Made by a program: the position numbers and the translations under genes
Shown: piece after piece, positions 34,001-44,440 of the stretch
Layout: every line of letters starts with the position of its first letter
Position numbering within the stretch: the first letter of the stretch is position 1
The notes under the pieces: model-generated
Database searches by the model: none
What the model saw: only the letters and a program-made list of their open reading frames with translations
Told to the model about the DNA's origin: nothing
DNA from: Eukaryota sp. TZLM1-RC
Taxonomy: Eukaryota > Protista > Metamonada: BaSk clade
Direction: 5' to 3'
DNA: 64,000 nucleotides
Assembly (NCBI GenBank): GCA_040285825.1
Contig: JAUPSS010000012.1
Location: forward strand, 62,001-126,000

Positions 34001-36209
34001 TACAAAAGAGATTACAGTTAACAATGATTCTAGTTTTGATGAAATTTTCGATGTCAATATATCAAACAAGTCAAATTTTGCTGGAAATTCTGAATTATTC
34101 ATTTCCAAAAATTCGAAATCAACCCATTCTATCACATTTACGCCTTCCATTCTCGACAAACAAATGACATCATCAATCACCTTTACAGGTCGAGTTTCCC
34201 GTCAGACAGTTAAGTATAATTTGCTTGGGATTGCAGAGTTTCCCAAACCAGAAAAGAAACTTTCATATAATGTTATTGTACGAGAACCCTCTAAATTTTC
34301 AATCAAAATTCCGTCAAATTTTACCAAAGGGTCATTGTTAAAGGTCAAAACTGATCTTGATTGCCTTTCTGGGGACTCTACAGTCGTTATGGACTCCCAA
34401 AATCCCCAGAAATCCTTTGACTTTATCATCAGGTCAACGAAAATTGGTAGTTATTCTGGAATTCTCTCTTTGATTGATTCGCAGAATAATTCAAATATTT
34501 CTGTTTTTGAGGTCGTTGTAGAGGTTACTTCTCCACCTGCCAAGGATCAAATTTTGATTGAATCGACTGTCATCGAGTCTACAGTGGTGTCTTTGCTGAT
34601 CTATAACCCCTTAGCAGTTGACGTGCTGTTTGATGTAGTCTTGAATGGTCCTGGTCTAAGAGGAAAGCAATCATTTTTGATTGAGAAGGGATCAAACTAT
34701 AATTATGAATTTTATTTTGAACCCTATATGACCAATATTTCAAACACGGCGTCTGGGTTTGTCAAATTTTTACCTCATGATCATCGTTTGGAGGAGTCTT
34801 GGTATGAGTTGCTACTCTCCGTTGTTCCATCAAACCCGACTATGATCAGTGACGTGACATGCGAAGTTGGCAGTCAAAAACTAATCAAGTTGCCGGTATT
34901 GAACCCTAGTACTGAAAATTTGGAGTTGTCAGTGTCTGTGGATGACACATTGAATTTTTCAAAACCTAGCGGCTTTGTTCAAATTGCGGGTAATTCAACC
35001 ATGGATGTTTCTATTGTTTTTGTTCCATCAAATTTTTCAAATTTTTCAACAATGGTGACCATAACGTCAATTGAATATCCTTCGCTTGTCTGGCAGTTTG
35101 AAGTTTTGGCAGAGGGGCTCAAACCAACTGTAAATGATCCATTAGTGATCCCTTCTTGTCTGGGAAAAACGTCATCTGAAATATTGACATTTAGGAATCC
35201 TTTTAATTACAATATACAAGTTCAAATATCTGCTTTTGAAGGTGATTTGTTCAGTGGAGATCAACCCAAAGAATCTGATGAAAATTTTGTATTTGGAAAT
35301 TTTCAACTTCGGATCAAAAATTCTATCGTGTATGTCGAGAAATTTGGTGTTCTTCACCTGCCAATCGACTTTACCGCCATTGACAATTGCAAATATTTGG
35401 GAACTGTTGTTATTGAATGCTGCAACAATGATGACAAAGTTCAGTGGAACTTTCCCGTTATTGGCCAATCATATTTGATTGATTGCAATCCTTGTATTCG
35501 TACTGTATCTGCCGAATTGAGGTCAAAATTTGAGCAAAATTTGGAATTTTTCTTTTCCAAGCTTTCCATGGATAGTACTTTTTCTTTAAAATTAGATTCG
35601 AATTTCAACAGCAAATGGGTCAATTTGCCCTCAAAAACCACATCAAAGCGGTTCAAGGCTTCAATCCCAATTACCTTTTCTCCCACCAGATCTCTGTCAA
35701 GCACTGCTAATATTGTTTTTACTAACGATTCTACAGGCGGACAATGGATTTTCCCAATCAAGTTTATAGGCGATGGTTCTAACGTTTCTGATGGGGAAAT
35801 CGTGCTCAATTCAAAAAGTCTCAATATCCCAGTTAGTTTTGATTTAAAATTGACCAATGTTGTTAACCAAGAGGAGTCATTTGAGGTGTTTGTCAAAGCT
35901 AGCGAGTTTTCGGTTTCGCCCATGTCTGGCACCTTACCTCCTCTCAGTTTAAGACAATCAATTGTTTTGGAAATCACCTTTACTCCAACCCATTCGAAAG
36001 TAATTAATTCAATTTTGGTTATACGGTCAAGTTCTTTTGAATGGAGGTATCAGCTTATTGGTAATCCGCCTAGTTACGAAATCCCAACAGGAACGCCTAC
36101 TTTCAGTTCAAGACTCGACTATAAACATCTGAATGCATTAAAAAAGGCGCAAAAACCAAAAAATAGAAATTTTATTAAAAGTAATATTGCTAGATTGGGG
36201 CTAAAGTAG
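28062..36209 (+). CDS. CFAP47: Cilia- and flagella-associated protein 47 (multiple ASH/Ig-like domains + calponin homology domain)
   Basis: 2715 aa; repeated LDFG...L.N...F.I.P..G.I ASH repeats, central SETLLLAWIN...NFDTDF CH domain, C-terminal WRYQLIG.PP.Y. Confidence 0.85.
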   Translation: MGSHPKLNLEKAQLVDFGRVACFSKSTYDLHLTNSGGSQAEVSFSVTQSLVNLAISPSSISIPPGSDQTITLTLQAREKGIFKAFVQVTTKSNSGYFSQTTLDVNALVVGTKLSFHSPSSGQQLSELSFDRSIPIFFGESVSFTVPLFNDTPSRASFNIVHDRAPDCLEESILTADVIDYLSVSPKTGQLSPLEKSEITFSINPQVSQSIMSMIQRLIMRNEVASVINSNGFRIKFMINVNCDPKKSSFNLFLNLDFIFPVVSCSQYEIFFPETGVNKKNSVPVTLTNQNNQDVAVSFDKIAHFCINPSQSILKPNTRATFICTFNPKRSGKISGKVFLNIGKSSKFLLKLLPITLSGSSYLSKNNQSINLTKTNNSEEIYKLNTIKKPLFKTDPSILDPLNPYQLDVEEMEGNYEHRTQYIKHLREQRVKKAQKARDIERKRFENAVDLGIKPDDSFPHLKPLPLTESVEFGSKRKDLREAALVNRYLDSSIYIEKKFPPPSKIESSGLRYLDEDELSLVITSQLELDFGRLTIGSKGVKYFNIYNGTDSAISVKIDVTGHDLIDCHQSTRHPQLVPAKSVAGFSVVLNSANFNKIEQFSSNVNVIINNQAVFQFSIMGEIVPVTVNAVPDLIGFDLTHDDPENLGKSTEEKCEEIFALANPGNLNLDFKLMQKPSFLIISPTYGSISAFNSTKIKAVFIPDENLSYSDSVVFKITNDYTIKVDIVAKIPEGKLVTSSTVRKGLDFGLCLAGDSVTKSFLIKNVGKFDSFFRIHSKLLSKADFTISPSSGLIKAAGEAEVSIKLAPSVQSESSRLSHVFELLCSGQPKIKIHCKAKVDVAKIKVNPDSIIFDRVFVGQTGHVTVDVSNLSECSTDVLLDFSDYPAFDVDFSKSTPNSILYHKPPINQKLIDSSPSQKQPSISNRRAYLLRLSSLASNKVCLSYSPKKVEELTFEIPLSFPSFNFDCDCQFSIKSTSSLGRLLLTSDYINFGSKAIITEEMPDPLSLYQSNLLVSSSEMFNTINFKIKSPKDSPFRCLSPPGLSISPQDKVDLQFSFCPKSIGHFSDQFELISDNGEHYIVKVTGNATSPCIMFSQDRIVFPPSPLGVELTTLLTLTAVGIPSTTLEARLPPDETRIPITVDFLNGNSLGFNNPSLSVLVKVKSDYSLSFVGCIDFITDSGIKFSITCCGIFDNSFLTLSPSLKLNENYFQNILNSSKNNGSYNSGSINFDFPSINTCGGQGVNNSDYLVSLGNFPPFEPLPIPSLNEIISNSNQNLVFSFLSTFIFDKSAPKCFADFFSNNCRCFKLLVEKVIGKQCNQLKITSNNKDQTQILLNFTQTALKLLKSRGLLLNTVRATYLLPREQFIELLLEEYQYFRPNCDLSSVPIKSELYSSLDAQYLEVSSSSWTLLLHQCFKVCLLDPLNPEILNISDQASGLVKFGSEKSKNFYSYSETLLLAWINSLVTKYFPQMDSKISNFDTDFANCVPFVCLLLHYLPFFCTSSFSFLNEFSDLSLIDSETLNVLFRNYRKDCAGDILNILTRDLGFDLTISINDLLNPLNRNVLILLTMLAHVLPAYKKESADQSNLIEFRAKLGSVVSKQISISNSFNQPVTYRIIFHNNHSNTFSTESNLFEVGAQQSDSLRIDYNCKFSRKDQCGLYLIPLKVGLTYPQPHSFTLKSIPRMTRSAQKVDVIGSLYSLTSHDFPVQNPFDSEANLTCQVVVSSVDDLLAPNFKNFESLASSVNPFTLHRDSISLKANESTTLTIDFCPFLLGNFSGFICFSDENLGEFIIDLEGVSELPKAAASTEIRTNAGENTEFNIQIPTKNSLFESICNNNDDVEVNSLFESYSNDNEIAYFVLNNAKTATLPNAFTINKSRKVSQKSNISGLDRAKLTEGTRSIKREGSIMTDLSMRMGQNFKNFNNLTGNFRSNQCGRHDIRIVLVSKFDIRVVYLTAHVTSSATSQSSTVEFKCPLKQNCTKEITVNNDSSFDEIFDVNISNKSNFAGNSELFISKNSKSTHSITFTPSILDKQMTSSITFTGRVSRQTVKYNLLGIAEFPKPEKKLSYNVIVREPSKFSIKIPSNFTKGSLLKVKTDLDCLSGDSTVVMDSQNPQKSFDFIIRSTKIGSYSGILSLIDSQNNSNISVFEVVVEVTSPPAKDQILIESTVIESTVVSLLIYNPLAVDVLFDVVLNGPGLRGKQSFLIEKGSNYNYEFYFEPYMTNISNTASGFVKFLPHDHRLEESWYELLLSVVPSNPTMISDVTCEVGSQKLIKLPVLNPSTENLELSVSVDDTLNFSKPSGFVQIAGNSTMDVSIVFVPSNFSNFSTMVTITSIEYPSLVWQFEVLAEGLKPTVNDPLVIPSCLGKTSSEILTFRNPFNYNIQVQISAFEGDLFSGDQPKESDENFVFGNFQLRIKNSIVYVEKFGVLHLPIDFTAIDNCKYLGTVVIECCNNDDKVQWNFPVIGQSYLIDCNPCIRTVSAELRSKFEQNLEFFFSKLSMDSTFSLKLDSNFNSKWVNLPSKTTSKRFKASIPITFSPTRSLSSTANIVFTNDSTGGQWIFPIKFIGDGSNVSDGEIVLNSKSLNIPVSFDLKLTNVVNQEESFEVFVKASEFSVSPMSGTLPPLSLRQSIVLEITFTPTHSKVINSILVIRSSSFEWRYQLIGNPPSYEIPTGTPTFSSRLDYKHLNALKKAQKPKNRNFIKSNIARLGLK

Positions 36210-36469
36210 CTTTGGATTTGTATTATATTAAGTTTATTTAATAAATGATTAATAATTAGTAAGAATTAAATTTTTTTGAGTTAATATTGAGTATGATAAT
36301 CTTCTATAAACAAATAAAAACAAATAAATAAATCAAAAATTTTGAGTGAAGAGAGTCATCGTGTCAGTGCTAGTGTTGAGAATATTCGCACCACTATAAG
36401 CAGTACAAAATCGTAATTGCAAATCACAAATTTTTTCATTGAAGTTTAAATCCTAACACTGCCCCATTG

Positions 36470-37320
36470 TGAGTTTGGTGAACAGTGTACACTTCTTTTA
36501 GCCGTTTTTTGACTGATTGTACATTTGGTAAGAAGTTTTATTTATGAAAAAATATTCTTGTAGATTTCTTGAAGATTCTCATTTGTTAGATCCAAGCTGC
36601 AGTCGATATTTGAGTGAGTTACCTTCTGAACTTGGAACTTTTGCCACCACAAGTCTGGACCAAGTGTTTCCCCTAATCAATTCAAGAAATTCCGAACCGA
36701 TCTCTTTTCAATTTGCAATTTTCTTGTGAACAACTTCAGCAAAAGCTTGGATTTTGATGTTAGTCTTGGCTTGGCTGAGAAGAAATCCTTTTGCAAATCT
36801 GTTACATGTGTGACAATATGTCCAACACTTTAGTAACAATCAATCCTCAATTTGGAGGCACTCTGTTAACTGATTCTGCCCGGACTTTGATACTTTTGCA
36901 TTTTATATGGGCTCAGAATTTGCCCCATAATTTAATTTAATTTGTAAATGTAATTCTAAAATTTCTATCATTCATTCATAAATGTAAATATTACCCCTAA
37001 AAGCAAGGTTCACGATGCAGTAAGTGACCAATCATATTGTATGTACAAGTCTCATAGAATTAAATATTTTTTGAATCTTCTTTTGTCAAATCTTTTTGAT
37101 GCTTTAGATAGATTTCAGAAGAATAGTAGAGGTGATTTTATCTTACCTGGTTCAAATTGAACCTTTATTGTAGCAAAATATGATGTCTGTTGTTCATCGT
37201 AATGTTTCAAGTGAAAGGTTAGTTAAACATGAAATTCTTTATCATCTTTCAAATGCTGGAAAATTCAAAATCAAAAAATGCAGAACACCAATGTCCAAAT
37301 TGTTTACCATACACCATTCC
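36470..37320 (+). mobile_element. Decayed CRE-like retrotransposon 3' fragment
   Basis: LELLPPQVWTKCFP.SIQEIPNRSL, HDAV.DQ.YCM and RGDFILPG motifs with many frameshifts. Confidence 0.75.
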
Positions 37321-37326
37321 CAGTGT

Positions 37327-37398
37327 GCCTCGGTGGTCTAGGGGTATGATTCTCGCTTAGGGTGCGAGAGGTCCCGGGTTCAAATCCCGGCCGAGGCC
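37327..37398 (+). tRNA. tRNA-Pro (AGG)
   Basis: GCCTCGG/CCGAGGC acceptor stem, A box TGGTCTAGGGG, CTCGC-TTAGGGT-GCGAG anticodon arm, CCGGG-TTCAAAT-CCCGG T arm. No intron. Confidence 0.97.
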
Positions 37399-37831
37399 TT
37401 ATTGGTAAGATTTGCTCATGCATTAGTTTTCATGCAACAATAATCCACATTCGTTGAGACTGAATTGTTAGAAACGTAAAATGGTGAATTTGTAGGTTTT
37501 TCGATTTCGAATACTGTTCCAGGGGCAATTGTTGAAGCAGTATGTGCACCAGTGATTGTCCAAATAGAATACTTGGATCAAAGTTGATTGTTGAAGTAAT
37601 TTCTACTTCAAATAACAGTCATTTCAACCTTTTAGTTTGGTCTATGAATCTGTCTAGTATATGATCATGTATCTTGACCGTACTTGATTTTATTTTTGTT
37701 CAAGAAATGTGAAGTCAAGGTGGTCGTTGTTTAACAATATCATCAAATATGAAAAATAAAACTTAATACTAAAAGTAATTGATACCGAGAAAATAAGAAA
37801 ACACCATTTTTCCTCTTTTCAACAACGTCAA

Positions 37832-39124
37832 ATGCCTCCTAAGAAACAGAAGAAACAAAAGTTCGTCCCCCTTTCAGACCCTGTAGAGCAAAGCTGGGCA
37901 GACATAGGAGATTTCCAACTAGGAGAAGACTCTGGGCTTGGCCAGAGCTTTTCACTGACCATTGCTGAGCCGCTTATGGAAGTGCCCGCTACTTCTTCCT
38001 CTTTTCGTCCATCTAGACCTCAGGTGAACCAGGGTCGTCCAAAGGATCATACATATGATATACCGACCTCTGGAACGTACCACGCCAAGATTGTGGGTTT
38101 AACACCAAATGTCACCGACGAGCACATTCGCCGTGCTTTCAGAGGAGTCACTAATATACGAAGAAACAGACAGTCTGCTTTCGTCGACCTTGAGGACAAA
38201 GAGGCGTTTATTGATTGTATGGAGAGTTGGGGAAAGCCAGTTGGTCCCTGCAACCCCAGAACCTTCCCTGCTGACCCACCCAAAGTAGACATTACCAATG
38301 GAGTGTCTGACTGGAGGCGTGCTCCAAGGTCCACTCCTGTTCAACGTGATGACCGTGAAAAACGTCCCAGAGAACCCCGTGCTGAAGTAGAGGATATAAC
38401 ACGAGACGCTTTTGGCTCCAGCAAACCTGTTTCTCATAGCAACACTCGCCGTGGATATCTGCAACCCAAAAGAGACCGTAAGCCCGACATTGCCTTTGAA
38501 CGTCCTAACAACCCCCCTGCACCCAAACCTCCTCAACGTCCAACATTCGTGACGGACGGCATTGATAAGCTTAAGGAAAAGCTCGAGGAAGCAGAGGCCC
38601 CTGCTACTATCTTTGGGAATGCTAAACCTATTGCAACCCCCCAAGAACCTATTCTTCCAGAGGTCACTACTCCTGAAACTGTGGAAGAACAACCCACTAA
38701 GCCCAGAGCCCAAGACGTTCGAAAGCAGGATAGTGTGAAACCACACTCCCGAGGTCGCAAGGAAAGGAAACAAAGAGAACCCAAACCGGAACCAGAACTT
38801 GATTGGGTAGGTGTACGATCTGAAACCAAGGCATCTCGTCCCCCTGTAGCAGTAGAGCAACAGCCTCAGAAAGTCCCTGAAAAACCTGTCCAAGAACGCA
38901 GGAACTCCAGAGGTGGTCAGATCAAGAACAGAGGTGGCTATGGTAGACGTGGGTCTTCACAAAAACCAAGAGACACTCAACGGGAAAACAACAGTGTTCA
39001 ACCGAAGGTTTTTGTTACCCAAAGGAGATCCTCACAACCTAAATCGCAACCAGAACCAGAAAAGCCAAAACAGAACACATCTACTGCCAATACTTTTAGT
39101 CTTTTGTCAACCACAGATGCTTAA
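37832..39124 (+). CDS. eIF4B-like RRM protein
   Basis: SWAD motif, single RRM (YHAKIVGL...AFVDL), SDWRR, IFGNAKPIAT, R/P/E-rich tail, terminal NTFSLL. Confidence 0.7.
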   Translation: MPPKKQKKQKFVPLSDPVEQSWADIGDFQLGEDSGLGQSFSLTIAEPLMEVPATSSSFRPSRPQVNQGRPKDHTYDIPTSGTYHAKIVGLTPNVTDEHIRRAFRGVTNIRRNRQSAFVDLEDKEAFIDCMESWGKPVGPCNPRTFPADPPKVDITNGVSDWRRAPRSTPVQRDDREKRPREPRAEVEDITRDAFGSSKPVSHSNTRRGYLQPKRDRKPDIAFERPNNPPAPKPPQRPTFVTDGIDKLKEKLEEAEAPATIFGNAKPIATPQEPILPEVTTPETVEEQPTKPRAQDVRKQDSVKPHSRGRKERKQREPKPEPELDWVGVRSETKASRPPVAVEQQPQKVPEKPVQERRNSRGGQIKNRGGYGRRGSSQKPRDTQRENNSVQPKVFVTQRRSSQPKSQPEPEKPKQNTSTANTFSLLSTTDA

Positions 39125-39339
39125 TTTAGGCAATGTTTTTGTTTTAGTAAAAGTTATTTTATGTTTACTTTGTTTTGTGAAAATTGTTTTCAATTGGCAA
39201 TACAACTTTTAGGCTTCTTGAATCGCTACTATTTGTCAGTTCATCTAGAATCTCAGTATATCTAAAATTTACTTTCAAATGTGGACATTGGCCAAACACG
39301 ATAATCCCACTTGAACAAATTTTCTGTTCAATGTCAAGA

Positions 39340-40010
39340 ACAGTTCCTCTTCGTGCTTAATTACTCGAATTTCTATAAATTTTTGGTGGTCTTTTAAATG
39401 ATACAGAATTTTGATCTACAATGCGCCTTCGGTGTTTCATTTGGTCTGATAACGTTCCTCATAATTTGGTTTGCAAATATGGATCAAAAATCTCTCCAAA
39501 CCATTTTTTAATTGTAAACACTTTACTACATTCCGACCAAAAGTTCATGATGCAGTGAGGGATCAACTCTATTGTATGTCAAAGTCACACAGAATTGTTT
39601 CCTATTTAGAACCATTACTCTCTCCTTTGGCTGATGAAGATACTTTGAATTTTTTTGGTCGAAATAGATGCGACTTAATGCTTGAAGGGCTTAAATGAAC
39701 CACTATCATTACTGATGTGAGATCCACTGATTTGTGTAATAATTCTTTTTATACCGTTAGCTTAGTCAAAACACAAGAATCCTCTGCCTGTAACCGAAAA
39801 CACTAAAATTGATAATTTAAAGAACAGTTGCTTTCTTGGATGCTGAATCGCATACTCATTATGTCTTTTGTCCATTTGCGTATTTCCTACAAGCCTTGCT
39901 CGGACCACTTGCTCTATCATTTTTAAATATTTTTTTTTTCAAATTGTGAAACATCGTACAGGAAAAATTTTTGCCAAAATGTTTTGTGAGAACAGATTTT
40001 TTTTGAGACA
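39340..40010 (+). mobile_element. CRE-like family A 3' fragment
   Basis: Clear nucleotide similarity to the reverse complement of 8113-8900 (HDAVRDQLYCMSKSHRIVSYLEP). Confidence 0.85.
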
Positions 40011-40039
40011 ACTGAAATATATTCATCAAAAAATTCAAG

Positions 40040-40562
40040 CGCAAACAAAAACAACTAAACAAAAGACTGGAACTCAATTTGCTTAATACACGTTTCAACA
40101 TCATCAAATCTTTTGAGGTGCGATTTTCACACTGTACTCCTTATTGTAACAATGCTTTGGTTAGTATTTCTGGAATTGCTTTAAGAAAACCAAAAACAAT
40201 TCTATTGTGCCAGAAATTTAAGTTCAATTCTTTTCCTGCTCTTTCCTGTATTAAACTTCTGAAACCTTCGAGAAATTCAATCCCAGATATTCCAATGTTA
40301 CCAAAACGAGAAACAGCAAATGGAACCAGCTGATACTTTACATGCTCAACACGCCCAAGCTGAGATAAAGGCTCTTTAAGGACATATAGGCATATTTAAA
40401 GGAAACCAAACTTCTGGGTGGAATTTCTTGTATATCGGCAGGATAGCATTTGGACCAGATGTCAGGAGGAAGGCATTCAATTTCATTCTGCAAAGACACT
40501 AAATAATCACTGACACAATGTTCTATTAAATGTTGGTTTTCAGGACAGAATTGTATTTTCAA
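40040..40562 (-). mobile_element. Two abutting CRE-like fragments
   Basis: YQLVPFAVSRFG...FWHNRIVF (40040-40340) and LPPDIWSKCYPADIQEIPPRSL (40338-40562). Confidence 0.75.
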
Positions 40563-42173
40563 TTTTTAGAGCTGTTGTTTCTTATTATCTTATTAAATTG
40601 AAAAAAAATGTTATCTAACAAAGATGATGTCAACCAATTTCAAAATCTTTATGCGGGTGCGACATTAGGCGGGTGCGTTGGAACTCATTATTACATTTTT
40701 CATTTTTTATAAACTCTGAAAATTGATGAAAAATGGGGACAAAGTGCATAATTGGAAAGATTAAACATTAGCTGAAATTTTCATTCAGCTTTTCAGCTAT
40801 TTTATTCATTAAAGAATCGCCAAAATTCAACAATATTCGATAAAATTAAATTACTTCTTTTAACTGGAATATAAATGAACAATTAAATTACAGTATCCCA
40901 AATTGTGACCATGAATAATGGGAGAATGAGGTAATCAAAAACCACTTGTGATACTTGGATTCCTTTAATTAGCGACTACCTCTTGTTGAACTATATTTCT
41001 TGGTCTGATCTCTACTACTGCTCACGTTCATGGAAGGAAGTAATGTGGTTTGTAAACCCTTTTCTGTGTTTGTAAACCAGTTTCTACTGCAGACAGCTCT
41101 AAAGATTGGAAGTGTTTTTAGAAAACTGGCAACAGAACAGATGTTTTAAAATACTTAGACAAAATTCCACAATAATCCACGTTTGAATTCGTTGCTATAG
41201 TTTCAAACAGAATACGCATAAATTCTCAACACGTGTCAACACGTGTTGGAACGTGTTAACTTCAACACCGCGTGTTATGCTGTTATCATTTTTTGTGGAT
41301 TGATTTTGCTTTGATAGTTAATACACATTACTTTAACAAACATTTATTAATAAAATACTACAAATAGTCTTCATTAGAATCAATGAATTGGATCTGGTTT
41401 GTAATCCGTGTCACTTTCGATTTCTTCCTCTCCACTTCCACTCTCTTCTCCAGTGTCATTATGTTGTTGACATCTTTTTTCGAACTCATTCCATGAGAAG
41501 TATCGTTAAAGTTGGTGGAAACCGCAGGAGGGTTACGATTGCCAATTTTGAGGACAGTAGCCCATTCTGGAGCAAGTGTCATTACCAAAAGATGTGGCTA
41601 GGTGAATAGGCTGTTGTGGGGTTTTATTGTAAAACGGAAACGGGGAAACAAAAACACGTTTTGTGCAACACTATAAAACTATATTAAGCAATATTAATTG
41701 GGCTCTTAACACCGCCTGTTTGCGCACTCTAGTTTCAAATGCTTCAAGCTAACTGATTATTAGATCATTTGACTCATTTGTTGTATTCGAGTTTTTGAAA
41801 ACAACTGTTTAAGGTACTGTTTATTTAAAGTGAATAAATGATTTTACACCTTTGATGTATCAACTGTTGATGCAAAAGTTGGCCCAGCATTCGAAAAGTT
41901 GACTGGATCATCAAAAGTGAGAGGGAAAGGAGGTAATGAAGAAGGACCAAACATAAATAAGGAGGTCGAAAATTTTTCATTATTCTTAAGAAGTGAAAAC
42001 CACAACTTGTTTTCAAACAACAATTGAAATTTAAAAATTTTAATGAAATTTAAAAATTTACCACCATACAATAAGGTAATCTCTATAAATTGGTTAATGA
42101 AACAATTATTTCATAGTCCTGGTTATAACCAAAAAATGGAATAAAAATAAATGGAAAAATGATTTATTATCAG

Positions 42174-43108
42174 CTATTCAATCAAATCAGCTTCCCTTTT
42201 CCAAAAATCCTGTCTAATGCTATCAATTTTTGAAAGTTTTCTAAACCAATATCTGGCTGACCCTCTATCATTCAAAAGTTCAAAATGCTCTGCCAAAACT
42301 AGAGCGGCAAAACGATTGTCATTAGCCACTGCAACAATATAGTCGAAAATTTTACTTGGAAAATCACTTCTTGTTCGAAGTCCTCGAAGGTACATCCAAG
42401 GGCTTTCATTAGTTGGTGAAATTTTGATCTTGTCAATAGTAAAGATCATTTCAGATTGAGTTGAAATATTCAGCTTGTCACTAACAAACCGTCGATGCGA
42501 CCACGCTGAATAATTAAAAACATCATCATCAATCAATTCTGAAACATATTCCAACTCACTTATCCATAGTGATGACGTGGCAAAACGTGTCAAAATCCAC
42601 TGTCTAAAGGTCCAGGCATGATAGTTCTTCGAGTCCAAAAGCAGCATTGTTTTGACAAAGTCAAGTTCATCACTTTCACTGTTGATTACATCCAAAAGCG
42701 CTTGACGGTGATACCATATCTAAGGTAAGAAGAAAGAAGGAGAGAGGGTGCATACCTGGTAATTTTTTGGGTTACTCCGAGCAAACGTTCTGCAATGATC
42801 TAACTCCTCCAGCAGATTGGCCCCTAGATGATAGAGGCACCTACGACGGAAATGCCATGCTGTGTAATTAGCAGGATTGAGACGGATCACATCAGAAGTG
42901 ATATCAAGTGATCTCTGTGAAAGTTCTGATTTTTGAAGTAATGCATTGAAGTAGCTCATCACATCTATGACTTGAATAAGATTAGGTGTACTTAAGACAA
43001 ACACTCATCGGAGAAGTCGATCGGTGCAATAGGATAAGGTCCATTTGTGGGAGGTATTGTGTCTTTAGTGAGATCAGAGTAAGCAGGGTTTCGTGCATAA
43101 GTGGCCAT
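42174..43108 (-). CDS. FNTA: Protein farnesyltransferase/GGTase-I alpha subunit; exons 43003-43108, 42756-42970, 42174-42719
   Basis: PFTA repeats NPANYTAWHFRR, NPKNYQIWYHR, DSKNYHAWTFRQW, FNYSAWSHR, NESPWMYLRG. GT-AG introns of 32 and 36 nt. Confidence 0.93.
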
Positions 43109-43814
43109 TCTGCCAAATAGTTTCTAAAAAGGTGTAATTACCGCTTACTTTGCCATTTTTATTATAATTTTCTTCACTTTCAGCACATTATTAGTCCCTG
43201 TTAATGCCATAGAACTTGCCACATTGTTATCATTTAAAAAATAACATTATAGCGGCTTTATCATCAGCGTGATTGAATTTTACAGTTCCCAATCGGTTTT
43301 AGAAAATATTCAAATTCTGATAATCACTGTGCATATTATACTGAATTATCTTCCTGGTTTTATCAAGGTCCTTGTTCACATATCACATATGATCACAATC
43401 TCTCTATGTTAGATACTTTAAATGATGTCCTAAATAGCTTATTTATGATGTTGAATGTTTTATTTATGCAAAGTGTGACAGAATTAAAGCGCAAACATCT
43501 ATCTTGTTTGAAAAAAGGTAATAAAAATCAATAAAAACTGCGTTGAAAGTTCCAATCAAACTTAAAAGAATTGAAGTCGAACATGATCCAAAATGATCGA
43601 TTTAGTAGGATCCTGTGAATTCTTTTTCATAACTCATACTTCCATGTGTGATTACGCAGCAAGAAATCCGTGTTTGAAAAAGTTGGACAGAATTTAGGCC
43701 GTCCGACTTAACCTGGTTTGGCGAATCATTGATCATCTTTGGATTTCTAACACTGACTAACACTTATACTTGTGATCACCTAGAGGTGCTCATGTGATTA
43801 CACATGGTCAAAAA

Positions 43815-44380
43815 CTATTTCAGCAACCACATGTAGGGTTCATCATCGCCATGAATTTCAGCAGCAGTCTCCTCATGCCCTAAACCAATGTCTTGAATTA
43901 TTCTATTGGCCTCTATACCACAATGATGATACTGGAGACTCAGTTTCTCTATGTAATCCATTTTTCTTCGTCGTGAGCAAATGCCTGACGTCAACCACAA
44001 TGGTTGCACAATAGGGTATTTGGGAACTCTGGTATAATCAACTCGCCATAGTTTTCCTCCACAAGTCAGTGTTTTATCCCAAATCCCAGACACCATTTCC
44101 ACCAAAACAAACCTGTGAGGAAAACCTTTTCAGGATTGACGTTGAAGTCTTGAATAGTGCTTTTTGCTATAGATTCAACTTGAAGCTTTGAATCTGTGCC
44201 ATATGTCCCCTTTTTCCGGTAGTTGGGGGGCTATGATTACAAATTCGTGTGTTATTAACTATGCATCATGATTTAGAGGTTAATAAGCTGTTGTTCCCTT
44301 ATGTGTTTCAACATGAAAACCTTCGTCATATCCAAGAAGCACAATAGTGGAGGGTTTGTAGTACGTTCTGCTGGCCCCCT
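43815..44380 (-). pseudogene. Frameshifted bacterial-type alpha/beta hydrolase (phospholipase/carboxylesterase/peptidase-like)
   Basis: Across frames: PPLLCFL-GYDEG, FVIIAPQLP..GDIW, DFNVNPEKVFLTG, GGNGVWDLG, GLGHEET...PYMWLL. Confidence 0.7.
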
Positions 44381-44440
44381 TTAGAACAAAAAGCAAATCA
44401 GCGTTTGTCAGTATTTGCATTTGTTGATCGTTTACTAACC

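Noticed and set aside
28703-35977. Many antisense and alternate-frame ORFs over CFAP47 (also over the kinase-LRR, Ku80, eIF4B-like and eIF6 genes)
   Set aside because: Shadow ORFs of real coding frames, with no motifs.
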